From positions 234,298,001 through 234,362,000 of the forward strand of contig OZ024741.1 in assembly GCA_964016885.1 (NCBI GenBank): a stretch of DNA of 64,000 bases. Reading direction: 5' to 3'. The notes beneath the pieces were generated by a model. It was not told where the DNA came from and did not search any database. It worked only from the letters and a program-made list of their open reading frames with translations. This document shows, piece by piece, positions 49,666-62,945 of this stretch (position 1 is the stretch's first letter; every line of letters begins with the position of its first letter). The position numbers and the translations under genes are program-made. Source of the stretch: Eledone cirrhosa. Its lineage: Eukaryota.

Positions 49666-50055
49666 ATAAACAAATTAACTCGAAAATAGAGTTTGAGACG
49701 CGAGTGTATTAGGATTGTCAGGAAAATGGGGAAACTCGGCGTGTGGAAGCTGTTAGAACAGCAAAATGCCGTCGGGGGATAGTTTGGAAGATGCGCTGAA
49801 AGAGCCATTCCAGCTCGCGAGGCTTACAACTGCGGCTAACCAGCTCAGCGCCTATGGTGGTGAGTAGAGAGGTTACCCTAGAGCCAAGAGCACTAAAAGT
49901 CTCCACTGCTACAGGCTCAACTGCAAACCTGTCGGAAAGCGACCGATATTTGGAGAGTTTACCCTCCTCCGCCCGAAGTGCAACAGAGCCTGGGTTAGTC
50001 GCAGACTGCACCAGGTTGCCGCTGGAGAATGTGTCGTTGCATGTAGCGGGGACTA
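49666..50055 (-). mobile_element. CRE-like element 3' fragment
   Basis: AEEGKLSKYRSLSDRFAVEPVAVETF...WLFQRI; homologous to ~9120-9400. Confidence 0.7.
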
Positions 50056-50530
50056 CTCACTAAAACTACTGAGAGCCGACAGATAAGACATTTTTGTGTC
50101 TGGCTAACAGAGTTTATCGCACGTCTTATCATAGATAATTATCAGCACCATTTAGTTCTTTAGAAGTTCAGCGTTTTATTACTTGTATCTACTTTTTAAA
50201 ACTTTATTTTTATTTTCTATTCTCGGTTCCTTATCATTTGCTTATTAGATGATTTTTTTAATTCCTTATTTTATTTTATTATCACTTATCTTTTTATTTC
50301 TCTTATGTTTATCCGTGCATGCATTTTACATATTGTATATTTGCTATTACTTGTACATTTTTAAAAGCTGACCACGCGTCCATACACTATTGTCTACTTG
50401 ATTAAAGCCGTATTTCATTTTACCTTTATTTAAATTAATTACAATATTTTTCTTCTATATTTTCTTTAATCATTAACAAATCTATATGCACTAAATTATG
50501 ATGACATTGTTCTCTCTCTCTCTCTGTCTC

Positions 50531-50598
<68 letters not shown>

Positions 50599-50599
50599 G

Positions 50600-51746
50600 A
50601 TCCGTCTGCTGTCAGCACCCTTCCAACGGAGGGCTGGGAATGCCGTGGCTGATGATGCGCATGTTTGCGCATCATCCAGGTATTCCTCACCGACCCCCAA
50701 CCGGTGTGGGCACCGTTTTGAGACAGGCTTTCCCACAGCTCGTCTCGCTAACGGAGCTGCAGTCCTGGGTGAAGAAAAGACCGAAAACGATGGGCGCCTG
50801 GCACATTGAATGCGCTCAGGCGCTCACAGTCCTCTGGCAAGCGGGCGCAGCAATCAGTGGAGACTCCACTTCGACATTCTATAGAGGATTGTACGTTACA
50901 AGGGCGACGACGTGCTCGGAGAGACTCTGGGCGTCGAAGACGATGAGCTCACCAGTCTGTTTGGTAGGACTTTCCGCCCGGGACCTATGGACAACTTCCA
51001 AAGGTCCCTGGCCTGGCAGTGCTACCGAGGAGCTCTACCGGTTCGTGACAAGATCTACAGGCACGGACACCCTGGCAGGGATCCTTCCAAGAGGATGTGT
51101 CCAAGATGTGCGCAGGACATTGAAACAGTTCTGCACGCAATTGTACACTGCCCGGGCGTAAGTGACCTGTGGAACTATGCAGAACAACTACTGTCGCGTA
51201 TGGGACAAATCCAGTTTACTGCCGAGTCCATAGTAAGGATCAAACCTCCAGACTCTTTCAAAAACGAAAGAGAAGCGGTTTTCCTCTGTACGGTGGCTAT
51301 GGTGAAAGAAGTTATATGGTGGACGAGGTTGAGAGGACTGAGGACAGATGCCTTTCTCTCCGGACAACAATTGATTCCCTTCTTTAAGTATCACTTTAGA
51401 AGGAGAATCAGGGTGGAGAGAGGCACTGCACCCCAGTAAATTTACTGAAAGGTGGGTGAATGATGCGAAAATGGCCCGAGTGATTGGGCCTTCTCTGTTT
51501 ATAAGCCTGTAGGTTGAGGAAGAGAGCAAAAGGAAGAAAGGAGCACTTGCACAACACGCTCCTGGAGTTGAGGGTTGTTCTATCGACGGGGTATTAAACA
51601 ACCCATTTGTGGCGCCTCCCCCCTATTGGGGATTTCGATTGTTGAAATTGTTTGTTTTTATATTTTTTACACGACTGTATGTAAAATCCCCGGCATGTCT
51701 TTGTATTGTCCCCTTTTCTTGTTGCGCCCTTGTGGCTAATAAAGAA
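50600..51746 (+). mobile_element. Tx1-like LINE 3' portion with Zn-finger and 3' UTR, in (CTAT)n
   Basis: WQCYRGALPV..CPRC..ETVLHAIVHCP; ends aataaagaa followed by atctatct. Confidence 0.85.
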
Positions 51747-52020
51747 ATCTATCTAACAAAGAAAGATATCTAGCTATCTGTTTGTCGTTCTTTCTTTCTT
51801 TCTATCTATAAATCTCTATCTTCGAGCCGTTATTAGGATTTGTGCTTTGTTGTTGTTAATGCTATTATTGTCCACAACTAGATTCGTTGGCAAATATACA
51901 TGAATAGGTTGACAGTCAGGCGGACATGCAGGTTGATAAAAAGGTTGCTAGGTAAATAGAAAGAGAGATAGATGTGCAAGAGAGACAGAAAGAGATGAAT
52001 AAATAGATAGATAGATATAT

Positions 52021-52402
52021 TTCTTTATTAGCCACAGGGGCACAAAAGAAGGGGACAAATACAAAGGGGGAAGTTTACATACAATAAAAACGTGTAAAAT
52101 GTTATCACAGATGGAATTTAAAAGTTAGTCGATTTTCCCCAATAGAGGGAGACAGTTTATATGGGTAACACAGACCCCCGAAAAAAATGTGCAACCCTCA
52201 TCTCCAGGAGTACGAAGAGCTTGTACTCCTTTCCTCTCCTCCTCCTTTTCCTCAACCTACAGGCTGATATAGAGAGAAGGCCCATTCACTCGGGCCATTC
52301 TCGCCACTTTCACCCACCTTTCATAAAACTTGCTGGGGTACAGCACCTCTCTCTCCATCCTGATTCTTCTTCCAAAGTGGTATTTGAAAAAAAGAATCAG
52401 TT
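52021..52402 (-). mobile_element. Second Tx1-like 3' fragment, in (GATA)n
   Basis: Reverse-complement similarity to ~51367-51746; gata repeats on both sides. Confidence 0.85.
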
Positions 52403-52666
52403 GATAGATAGATAGATAGATAGATAGATAGCTGTTGCTCGACCACTGGCCATCATGTCATCACTGTGAGAGGGGGGGGGGGTGCATCAAATTATCATTT
52501 CCCAAACAAATCTAGCACAAAGTGGTTCTCATGTGACAGGCGTTTTTATATATATATTTGACCTGCTGCAAAATCAAAACAAGATATTTTTGCGAGCGAT
52601 GAATCTTGATGTCGATTTAACCCCCAAATCTCTTTCCAAACTATATAAGGAACACTTGTGACTGTT

Positions 52667-52712
52667 TATGCCCTTGAGAAGCCCAACTGGGCGAAACGTA
52701 CGTAGGTGATAT
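52667..52712 (+). ncRNA. Degenerate minimal hammerhead-like motif
   Basis: cc-TTGAGA-a-GCCC aact GGGC-GAAA-cgtacg-TA-gg; palindromic stem III, damaged core, weak stem I. Confidence 0.45.
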
Positions 52713-53333
52713 CTTCAATAGACATGTTTTAACGGTCTATTCTCCGATTTTTCACTTTCCCACGTGCTTACGCTCTGCTAACTCTCTAGCCCACTAAATA
52801 TTAACACTTCGAATATTTAATACTGCCGGCACTAGTATCGAGCACCTTTGGCATACGCTACTTGGCAAATAACTATATGTATCACCTATCCCTCCATTTT
52901 TTCTCTCTTTCTCGATACGTAAATACTATATATTTATATATATATATACAGATTTTTCATGCTCTATACTGTATTTTTTAATCGTTTTGGTATATGTAAC
53001 AATACTGTAATCGTTAGGCGAAGCATATTGGTTCTGAATTTCATTCCCTTTATAGCACTCTGATGGAGTATAACTAATTTTAGTTGAACTCCATTTAAAA
53101 TTAGTTATACAATTCGCTGTGTATAAACGCATAATCAAAAGCTACTAGCAGGATTGCTACTGAAACGGTCGTTAAGCATTAAATAGATGTTACATTGGAG
53201 CACGCTTTGTTTCCTTTTATTATTCTATTCGAATGCATGTTCTTATTCAACAAATTATTATATTACTTCATTTGCATTACTAATCAGGTGATCGCATCGA
53301 ATGCTGAATCAGCTATCTTGCCTAAAATATGTA

Positions 53334-53690
53334 CAATAGAACATCGCAGTACGAATGCCCCATTATACGAGTAATTAGCTGTACGAGCCGAGGCTCGTGC
53401 GAATTTTTGTATTGTAGTACGAGTGGAAATCCGCAGTACGAGCGAGTTTCATACAATTGATAAAACCAGTTTACATATTTCTTTTACATTCTCTTTTATT
53501 GTTTTTATAATTGCCATTTTCCTTGCACCGTCTCTGTTTTAAAGTTCATAAAACAATGATTTTTGGAGGCTGGAACGGATAATTTATATTTTAATTAATT
53601 TCAATAGAGAAAATTGATTTGTAAAACGAGTAAATCGTAAAACGAGCTCGGCCATGGAACGAATTAAACTCGTACTGCGAGGTATCACTG
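53334..53690. mobile_element. pogo/Tigger-type MITE
   Basis: Imperfect TIRs caatagaacatcgcagtacga / tcgtactgcgaggtatcactg with TA on both sides. Confidence 0.75.
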
Positions 53691-54295
53691 TATTTGATAT
53701 TCTCTTTGGCTAATGTTGCAAGTTGTCTCGTGTAATTTAAAGATACCATTGCGTCCCGTTCAAAGGTGTGACAGTTTGCTTGAAACATTGTGGAATATGA
53801 AACTGGAAAGTGGATGTGTGTGTTTAGAAAGCGGAACAATGCAAGTGGGTTAGATACCCAAAGTAACAGGTCAGAAGGGAATTGAGATACGTGCAAAGGT
53901 GACAGAAGGAAAATAAAAGAACAGACACCAGGATGGAAATCTCGGTTTTCTCTGAAGCCCCCCCCCCCCCCCCTTACAGGCACCCTCCCCAATCCGAAGA
54001 CCTTTGAGAATATTAAATTACTAAGGTGTTATTCTTCCGCTTCATTTATTTTCCTTCTCACACTTTTGCTTCCTCTCCCAATTTCCGTCAGACTTGTTAC
54101 CTAGGCATACTAACCCAATTGCAGTGTACGGCTTTCTAAACGCACGCGAGCACACACACATACATTAAAATTTTATTTTTAATATTCGGCAAGGCCAGCC
54201 GTAACTCGCCCGGTATGCAAATGAGGCTACTCAGCCGATGTGTACTTAAGAAAATACTATATATTTTCAACCGTTCAACAGACTGGCAGGGGTAT

Positions 54296-54338
54296 ACAGT
54301 CTTGATGAAGGGTAATGACCCAGAAACATGTTGATTGT
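54296..54338 (+). ncRNA. Type-I minimal hammerhead-like motif (C3 to U)
   Basis: ACAGTC-TTGATGA-a-GGGT aatg ACCC-a-GAAA-catg-TT-GATTGT; 6-bp stem I, ACATGT palindrome. Confidence 0.6.
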
Positions 54339-55479
54339 TCCTCAAAGATAGTGTTGAACAAACAGGTGACGATCGGTCATCGGCACAGTTCAACTTCAAA
54401 TCGGGCCGTTTGTTTATAAACGAATTGAATATTATTATTAATGTTCAATATAACCCATACCTACATATATATATGTTTGCGTATATATATATATGTGCGT
54501 ATATATATATATGTGTGTGTGTGTACGCGTGTATACTTATATATATATATATCCAACCTTCGGTTTGCTTTTCCTTCTGTTGTTTACTTGTCTCACTCGC
54601 TTTACGCGTTTCACTTGTCCCAATAGCTTATTTTAGTTATTGCTCGCACCAACCTGAGGTATCTGATTTTTAATGCGATGAAATACCAATGATGGTTGGC
54701 AAAATCACTGATGAGGGACTAATTTTATAATATGTAATCCATGTGCAACCATGCAGTATTCTTCTTCCCCTTGTTTTTCATATATATATATATATATACA
54801 TTTAGGTTTGTTCGTTCACTACTGGATAGAACTGGTCATTCCGTACAGTCAACCTTGATGTAATATTAGGGAGAGCACTCGAGGTAATGCAACTTACCCG
54901 TCTTCGTTTGTGTTGTTGGTGGTGGGAGTACGGAGTTAATTATTATAAAATAACAGGAGGCTGGACTGGTGTAATTCCTTAAAGGTTTATTATACTATGA
55001 ATATTTCAATGGCCGGGTTCAGTATGAATCCGGTGACATCAGGTATTCCGAAATTTAGCAAAGGAATATAATAGACACAATCCAAGAGGCTGAAAAGCAG
55101 AGCGATGCCCAAGACGAGAAGGCGGCCAAAAAATTAGCAGTTGCCAGTCCAGTTGATATATATATCAAATTAAAGATGGAATCCCGAATGGGATCGGGAA
55201 ATAACCACAGTTAAATATTAATACTGAATACGTCAGTAGAGAATAAGCATATTTATTATACAAGACTAGAGCTGTCTCATTCGTATGAAACAGTTCTACT
55301 CATGTACAAGTTATTTATGTATATATATATATACAGAGAGAGAGAGGGGGAGGGGGGGGGGGGTTTCACATATACATGCACACATACATTAATCCCTAGC
55401 AACGACTGTAAATCATTATTTTGGTAATATTAGAGATTTTAACAGAAAAAACAACACAAAACCCTATCGGCCACTTGAT

Positions 55480-56300
55480 AATGTTTATCACATAAACAAA
55501 AGCTTAAAAAAATACTCCTCACCAACAAAGAGTGAAAAATGGAGTAAAAATGATGTTTGGAGACAGTAAAAGTAGAACTCTTCAATACAAGTTGATCACC
55601 CTCAAATTAGAACTGAGAGCTGTCAGCGAGAAACTCCGATATCAGAAGAGAGTGACAGAAAGAAAAATGATTAATTTAAGATTCCGTTGAAACCAAACAT
55701 CGGTCTATAGAGATATGAGGGGAAAACCAATAAATGTCACTGAGGCCCCGTACCAGAAAGAGAGATTCTTTCTGGAGAAGTATATGGGATGAGGAAAAGA
55801 AGTTCAAGACACAGTGTCGTTGAAAGAGATCCAAAAGCAGTAATGTCCCTACATTACACCAAAAACTTACATCATCAATGATGATACCCTTGAGATTGTG
55901 ATAGGAAAACTTCAAGATAAGAAAGCACAGAGAAGAGACTTGATTGTCGGCTACTGGTACATAAAAACTGACTCTCTATCGAATATATCTTTTCAAACTC
56001 TACCAGCAAGATGCACACATACCAAGCTGGTTGACATTAGCAGAAATAAGATAGGTCCCTAAAAGAAAAGAAACCCACTAGGCAAAAAGCTGCCCACCTA
56101 TTATTGCATGCCAGAACCTAATGTTTAAAATGTATACAGCTTGCCTGAACTTATTTCTCCAGGATCACTGTGACAATAACAATATCATCTTAGATAAGCA
56201 AGCAGCTGGAAAGAAAGGAGTTTAAGGGAGTGCTGAGCAACTTCTAGTTAATAAAACTGCGATGTGTGGTTACAGTCTGTCTTGATTACAGGAAAGCACT
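55480..56300 (+). mobile_element. Decayed R4/Dong-like non-LTR RT fragment
   Basis: Broken frames give LRAVSEKLRYQKR, FWRSIW, IACQNLMFKMYTA, EQLLVNK. Confidence 0.6.
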
Positions 56301-56559
56301 CAAAACAGAAAGAAGAGTATCTCCCATTGGGGAGACATCACAAAATTACAATGACATCTTCAAAACTACAAAAATCTCCTAATTTCACCTCTAATTTTGG
56401 TTTGATATTTACTATTCATACGTGCAATTATTGTAACTTACCCTATGGATTTTACCTTGGGTGTTTGTTGCTCTGCAGGATTGTGACTGTAATAAAACAT
56501 GGAGCTTTAAATCTTCTAGTTATATCCTAATTAAGTAGATCTCTCTACTTGTTAAACTT

Positions 56560-56614
<55 letters not shown>

Positions 56615-56656
56615 CAATATCGGAGAAAGCTTTTTATATATATATTATTAGAATAT

Positions 56657-56686
<30 letters not shown>

Positions 56687-56693
<7 letters not shown>

Positions 56694-56816
56694 ATATAGA
56701 AATGGCTTCTACAGGACTAGAACTATTTCATTCGGGAGAAATCATCAGGGCTTCCTGATGATTTCTCCCGAATGAAACAGTTCTAGTCCTACAGGAGCCA
56801 TTTCTATATTAAATAT
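56687..56816. repeat. 130-bp palindrome next to (TA)n, each arm with a partial hammerhead core
   Basis: Arms centred on gctt; CTGATGA-tttctcccgaat-GAAA at 56755-56777; shorter sibling palindrome at ~55258-55308. Confidence 0.88.
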
Positions 56817-56899
56817 TTATAGTCTGCTATGTATTGAGTACCTTACTTACTGTGGTTACCCTCGATTGAACCCAGGATAAACTTATATATATATATATA

Positions 56900-58330
56900 A
56901 GTTTGAGCGGAGAAGGATGGAAGGTTTGATCGGATCTTACATCACGAAGATGGACCCGACGAGATTTTTCCATTTCCTCTATATCTTCATGGCAGATAGT
57001 TCTACATTTTCCACGGTCAGAAGCTAGGGCTTCAAAGGAAGTAAGAGGTATGTTCACAAATTGAATTTCAGTTATCTGAGTAATGGTTTGTCTACATTTC
57101 GTGCACCATTATGAAGTTAACTCTATAACAGTAATTTGGGTGTGCAGTCCACATTTCTCTGTAGAACATGACCAGCCCATCTGAGTTGGGATTGCATCAG
57201 AAATGACACAATCCCACTGATGTTGCACCTGATGAATACCTCGACAGGAAGTGCATAACCAAGACATCAAACATATTAATGTGAGTGTGGTAAAGTGTCC
57301 ATGACTCCGAGCCGTGTAAAAGTATTATGAGTACCCTTGCACGATAAACTGCAATTTTCGTTTTTAGGGATATACTTCTGTCACCCCACAGACGATGATG
57401 TAGTTTACCAAAGGCGTCAATTGCTTTGGAGGCGCTATAGATGATCTCATCATCCAAGGATGCAGAGCGGTTCACATTGCTACCAAGGTAAGTAACATAC
57501 TTCACATACTTCAGACCCTTGTCATCAACAGTGATGGGAGCATGGGGATGTCCGTGCTCCGACTGTCCTTGCCCACCATCTTCTACTTGTCTGGGGATGG
57601 TTGACCTTGGTTGATGAACCACCTCGGTCTTCTTAATGCTGATTGTGAAATGAAATGCTTCATAGACTTATCGAGAAGTGGTTCATCAATCCTTGTATCT
57701 GTTTGAGGGATGTTGCAACAAGTGCAGCAACATCAACAAACAGTAAATCACGAATAACACTTGTTCGTGGAAGTGTTTTATCCTTAAAGCGCTGATGGTT
57801 GAATAACCCACCTAATGTACGAAATTCAAATCTGACACCAGTGTCTAAGTCGCCAATTGCATACTGGAGCATTACAAAGAAAAACAAAACAAAAAGAACA
57901 GAAGCTATGACAAAACCCAGCTTCGTACCATTTGTGACACCAAAGGGTTCAGAGCATTCGCCATTTGATGTAATTGATGATTTCATGCCTTCATGAAAAG
58001 ACATGATAATATTCCGCATATTGTCAGGTATGTGAAGCTTTTTGAGGATTTTCCAAAGGTTTTGGTCAAGTCGACAATAACCATAAACAGTTTCTGGTAC
58101 CCCGACGTGTGCGAAAACCACATTGGTTTTCAGGGTAGTCATCAGCAACAAGTCTAGATCACGGACAAGTACCTTACCAGCAAGTGAATCTAAAAGGAAA
58201 TTAATCAAGCATATCGTATATCAAGATATAGGTGTACACAATAGGTTCATATCCCTACTTCTCAACATAGACACCGCCTCTTTGAATGGCAGTATCCACC
58301 TAAGGATGAGGGCATGTATTCCAGCTTCAT
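56900..58330 (-). mobile_element. Decayed RTE-BovB-like LINE
   Basis: FEFRTLGGLFN..R, IRDLLFVD, TYLGS, AFGKL, TKIAVYRA. Confidence 0.8.
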
Positions 58331-58339
58331 AAAACTCAA

Positions 58340-59330
58340 CTGGTTGCTGACGTAGTCAATTCCTCACAGCAGTTTTCACTTCCTCATCACCACCATAACG
58401 TTTGCCTTTCACTGTCTCATTCATTGGACAAAAAAGATGGATGTCTGAAAGTGCTAATTCAGATGAGTAGGGAGATGTTTTGAGGCTCAAGTGAGGCCTG
58501 GTGTTACCGTATTGAAGAACTTTATTCATCTCAAAATTTGACATCAATCGGCAGATTTTAGCTCTAAGTCTTTTAAGGGTTCCATTGTATGCTTCAGAGT
58601 TCACTGTTTCTCCTTTGGCAAGAAATCGACAAGAATAACACTTTCAGCATCCCAAAAGACATTCGCCATGATTTTTCCAGCTGACTTTCTATTTTGAACG
58701 CTTTTAGACGCCTGATAACATAATTCCATTGATTCTCTTTTTGATTCTGGTTCATAATGATGAATCAAAATTTGATCACCAGCTTTGAGCCTTTGATAGA
58801 ACATTTTGTCTCTTTCATAGCCTTCAAAGAGTTCGGTGCAACAGCTAAACCTTTCAATCCTGTGCTTATCTGTGAGTTGTCTTGGTGCCCAGCGAGCACA
58901 GACGTTTGAATATCCAATAATGTTGTAAGCACTACCATGGCTAACTCCAAGCTCTGGTGCCAGCTCATCAATGGTTATGCACCTATCATCTTTAATCAAA
59001 ACGTCTGTTTTTTTTTCCTTGTTGGCAGGGTTGATAGAATTCAACGGGTAGCCACTTCGAGGTATGTCTGCTAAGCTTGAATTTCTCAATTCTTCTTGAT
59101 CTGTTTAATTCCCATTCAGACGGCGGGCCCATCTCCACACTACTGTAGTCTGAAGCTTTATATTTTTATACATTTTTCAGTCTTTTGTGAATGTTTACAG
59201 GAGTTTCTCCTTCAGCAACAAGGAACTCGATTACTGCTCTTTGCTCCTGACGGACTTCCATCAGAACAGCCACCTTCATATAAGCATATATATTCATATA
59301 TCTGAAAAAATAAAAATAAAAATTAGATAA
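58340..59330 (-). mobile_element. Decayed mariner transposase relic
   Basis: CARWAPRQLT (WVP motif), HHYEPESKRES, MANVFWDAE, PYSSELALSD (YSPDL motif). Confidence 0.85.
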
Positions 59331-59970
59331 GTAGAGAACAAGAGTGTATATATGCCTTTACATCTGTACCAAATTTCGAATAATTTCATAGACAAATTCG
59401 CCTCTAAGGACAAAAATTGCATTAATTTTTTTATTAATTCCTTCAAAACCAACCTGCCGGCTGGTTTTGCTCTTAAAATCTGTCCAGCGATTCTTTCCTG
59501 AGACATTCTAACCACATGTCCGTAATATCGGAGCTGTGAATCCTCAATTCGGAGAAGTAGCGGCTCTCCCTGGAGCGACTATTTGGTCTCCGAGCTACGT
59601 ACTCTATTGTGTAACGTTACTCCAAAGACACTTCGGAGGAACCCCATTTCGGCTGCTTATATTCGCGATCGTATTGAAAATAGCGAGTTTGGCTTTTACA
59701 CTTACCTCCCTTCCTCCGATAACCGACTGTTGAATTTGGCGTATTACTGCATCGGCTCCTGCAGTTCTTACACTTAATTCAGCTTCCTGCCTTCAACCAC
59801 TTGTAAACATGTCCCCGAAATACTTGAACTTCTCCATCTGCTTCAGTGGAACCTCCATCACATGGAGATATCCATACCGCATCGTCCTTCGCGCGGGACT
59901 CACCCTTGTATGCATATATATTTGTGTATGTGTGCGTGCGTGCGTGTGTGTTGGGGGGGGGGGCATATGA

Positions 59971-60005
<35 letters not shown>

Positions 60006-60119
60006 AAGGAAACCAGAAACAAGGAATCAAGAAACGAACCAACAAGAGGATGCAATAACATGAAGTGTATTAGTTTCCCGCTTGGAGGAAGAAGAATGAG
60101 TTACATATATATATATCAC

Positions 60120-62645
60120 CATCATCATCATCATCAGTCGTCAGCAGACGAACATCTTCTACTCTCTGCCTCCAACTGTCTTTATCCCCAATCAAGACTT
60201 TAATTACAGAATCAGAGTTTATACCAGTATCCTCGGTGGACATTTTTGGAAAGATCTTCATTCCTGCTCCTCTGCATCACCTACCTCCAGATGGTGACCA
60301 AAATAAAAGTTTAGACACCCTATTGGTTCCCAGCTCTGTGTCAATGGCTAACAAAGTGTAATCTTCTCTGCATACTGGTATATGCTAGCTGTAGCAGGCC
60401 TTGGTACAGTTCTATGTTGGTTATATGATCTCTCCAGCTGATGTTAAAGATTCTTCTCAGTAGCTTAGTATATAATCCATCTATTTTTATTTCTATGATT
60501 CATGTTATGGTCCAAGTTTCTGAGTTGTAAAACAGAATACTTTATGCACATGCCCTGTCCATGTTAAACTTCAATATTTTGTCTAGCTGGTTTATTGCAG
60601 CCCATGCCAGCCCTTTTTCTTTTACATTAAAATCATCCTTGTTTTCTAAAACATAACTACCTAAATATTTAAATTGCTCAACCCGACCAATGATTTGACC
60701 AGTTAAGAATTTTACTTGATAATCATCATTGATTCCATTTGTTACAATTTGTGTTTTGCTAACATTAAGATGTACTATATTTGCTACGTGTTCAACATAA
60801 TGTAATACGTTTTCAGCCAACTGCACAAATTCATTGATTAGTGTGATGTCATCAGCTTAGGCCAAATCCTTTAGTCATATCCTTGGATACCGTGTCACCC
60901 TTTAACATCTCTATCAGACATTTTAAATGCTTCTTTCAATGAATAATCCAAAACAATAACGAACAAAAATGGAGCTAATGTATCATCCTGAAATATGCAG
61001 GCTAAAACACTGAAAAAGGAGGTTTCGCCATCTGGAGTGATCACCTGCGATTTTATGTTTCCATAGATTAATTTAATTGCATTTACTTTTAAAGGTAGCA
61101 CACCATATGCTTCAAGAATTTAGAACATTCTTTCCCTATGTATGGAATTATATGTCTTTCAAAAATCATTGAATAATAATGTTAACGGTAAACTTTTTCA
61201 ACGAATCTTCTCAGTGCTAAAATGTTTGATAGAGCGTAATTTTCGAAAATCACATTGAGTCCAACTCAACAATGGATCTATAAATGGTTGTATACGATTT
61301 AGAATCCTTTTATTATATAATTTTAATGCAATAGTGTTTAAACTAATACTCCAGTGCTGTGAAACCATGGAAGCAGTAAGACTGTTCGAAATAGGTTTAA
61401 TGGCACACTTTCGCCGATGTTTTGGATTGATATATCTTGTTAAGCTTATGTTACAGAGTTCAAGGAGATATTGTGGTGATTCACATATCTCTAAAGAAAT
61501 ACTATCCACTTCTACAGCTCCCCCTCGCTTTGATTCTTTCATTGCTCTACTCACCTCTTCCACAATAAAGAGGCCTTCATTAATTGGTAACGGTTGTTCC
61601 ACTACAGGAGAGATGACAAATTCAGTGTCAGGTACCTCTGGTGGTTTCCCTAAAAGGGAGCTGAAATATTCCTTCCAAAGATTTTTCCTGTTCTCCATAG
61701 CTCCTTGCAATTTAATCATTGGAATTGTATCTCATCTATTAGTATCTCTAATTGTATCTCATCTACAGCTCTCCATGCAGCTCCATGTAGAACCGAGTAC
61801 GAAGAATTTTAAATTATGTTTGCCATGGTTGAAATGTGTGATTCTTCTGCTGTCTTGATGCAGTCATCAGTTCTGATTTTGTATTTTGAATTATATTTCT
61901 GTCTCCAGATTCTAGCATGCTCTTTAGATTTGTTCTAGCTTGTGTTATGGGATCGGAAAGTTGTAAGTTAGACCATTTCTTTGCCATTCGTTCGGTGTGG
62001 TACCAGCCTCTGAGCATGATTTTACGAGGTTACCATATTTCGGATGAATATCAATACTTTCACGAGTTCAGAGAATTTGTTGTACAATTCAATACTATAC
62101 AAATTTTGTAGGGATTTTGATTCCCTTAACAATCTGAAATTTATTGCTCGAAAATCAGATAATTTCTTCTTAGTCTGAATTTCATGTTTGCTGAAATTGC
62201 TCTATGATCAGAAGTTAGTGTTTGAAAAGTAGTTGTATAAGCTTCTGCATAGCAAACAGATCGAATCCCCATCTTTCTACTCAATATGTAATCTACTTGC
62301 ACATTAGATCCATTTCGGTAACATGTCCAAAGCTTCCGTTTAGGATTGTGAAAGCGATCGTTTACTGACAGTAGACCAAAACATTCCATAAATCAAAAAG
62401 ATGTTCACCATTGCGGTTTGTGAATTCGTGATAGCTATATTGTACCCTGTCTAGACACAAATGTGCATTGAAATCACTAACGATGAAATCTACGTTGTGT
62501 GAAGAAATAAGACATACAATGTCTGAGAGATCTTCATAGAAAGTAATGAACTCATTCTCGAGTGAATGATTATGTGGGGAATGGCAGCATATTATGGTAG
62601 TTTGGGGATTTCCTGAAAAAGTGTCCACCACAATGCGCGATTGAA
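60120..62645 (-). mobile_element. Decayed RTE-group LINE with APE endonuclease remnant and RT
   Basis: SDFNAH, NRNGEHL, VDYIL, SDHR, FQDDTLAPFLF, FKYLGS; related to 31000-32295. Confidence 0.85.
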
Positions 62646-62647
62646 TA

Positions 62648-62945
62648 GTCAGGTTGCTCTTGAACGCTACTAGTAACAAGTAACACATTACAACCTGTGA
62701 CACGGTCAGGTCGTCGGCGACTAAACCGGCAACACCACTAAGCTTGCTTGGTGAGGAGGGTGATTTTTGGAAACCCTACGGGATGTAAATAAGACCCATC
62801 AAAGGATGGAGTAACTCAGGAAAGTCAACGACCATCTAATATAGTATCTAGAAGGTAACTCTGATATAAAATCCATAAGGGTAGATGGTGCTCATCTGTT
62901 GTAGTGAAGACAGTCCGTCTAGGAGAAGAAATCTCTGAAATAAAA
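62648..62945 (+). mobile_element. RTE-5'UTR-like repeat (copy 3), head-to-head with the LINE
   Basis: gtcgtcggcgactaaaccggcaa...ttggtgaggagggtga shared with copy 1. Confidence 0.75.
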
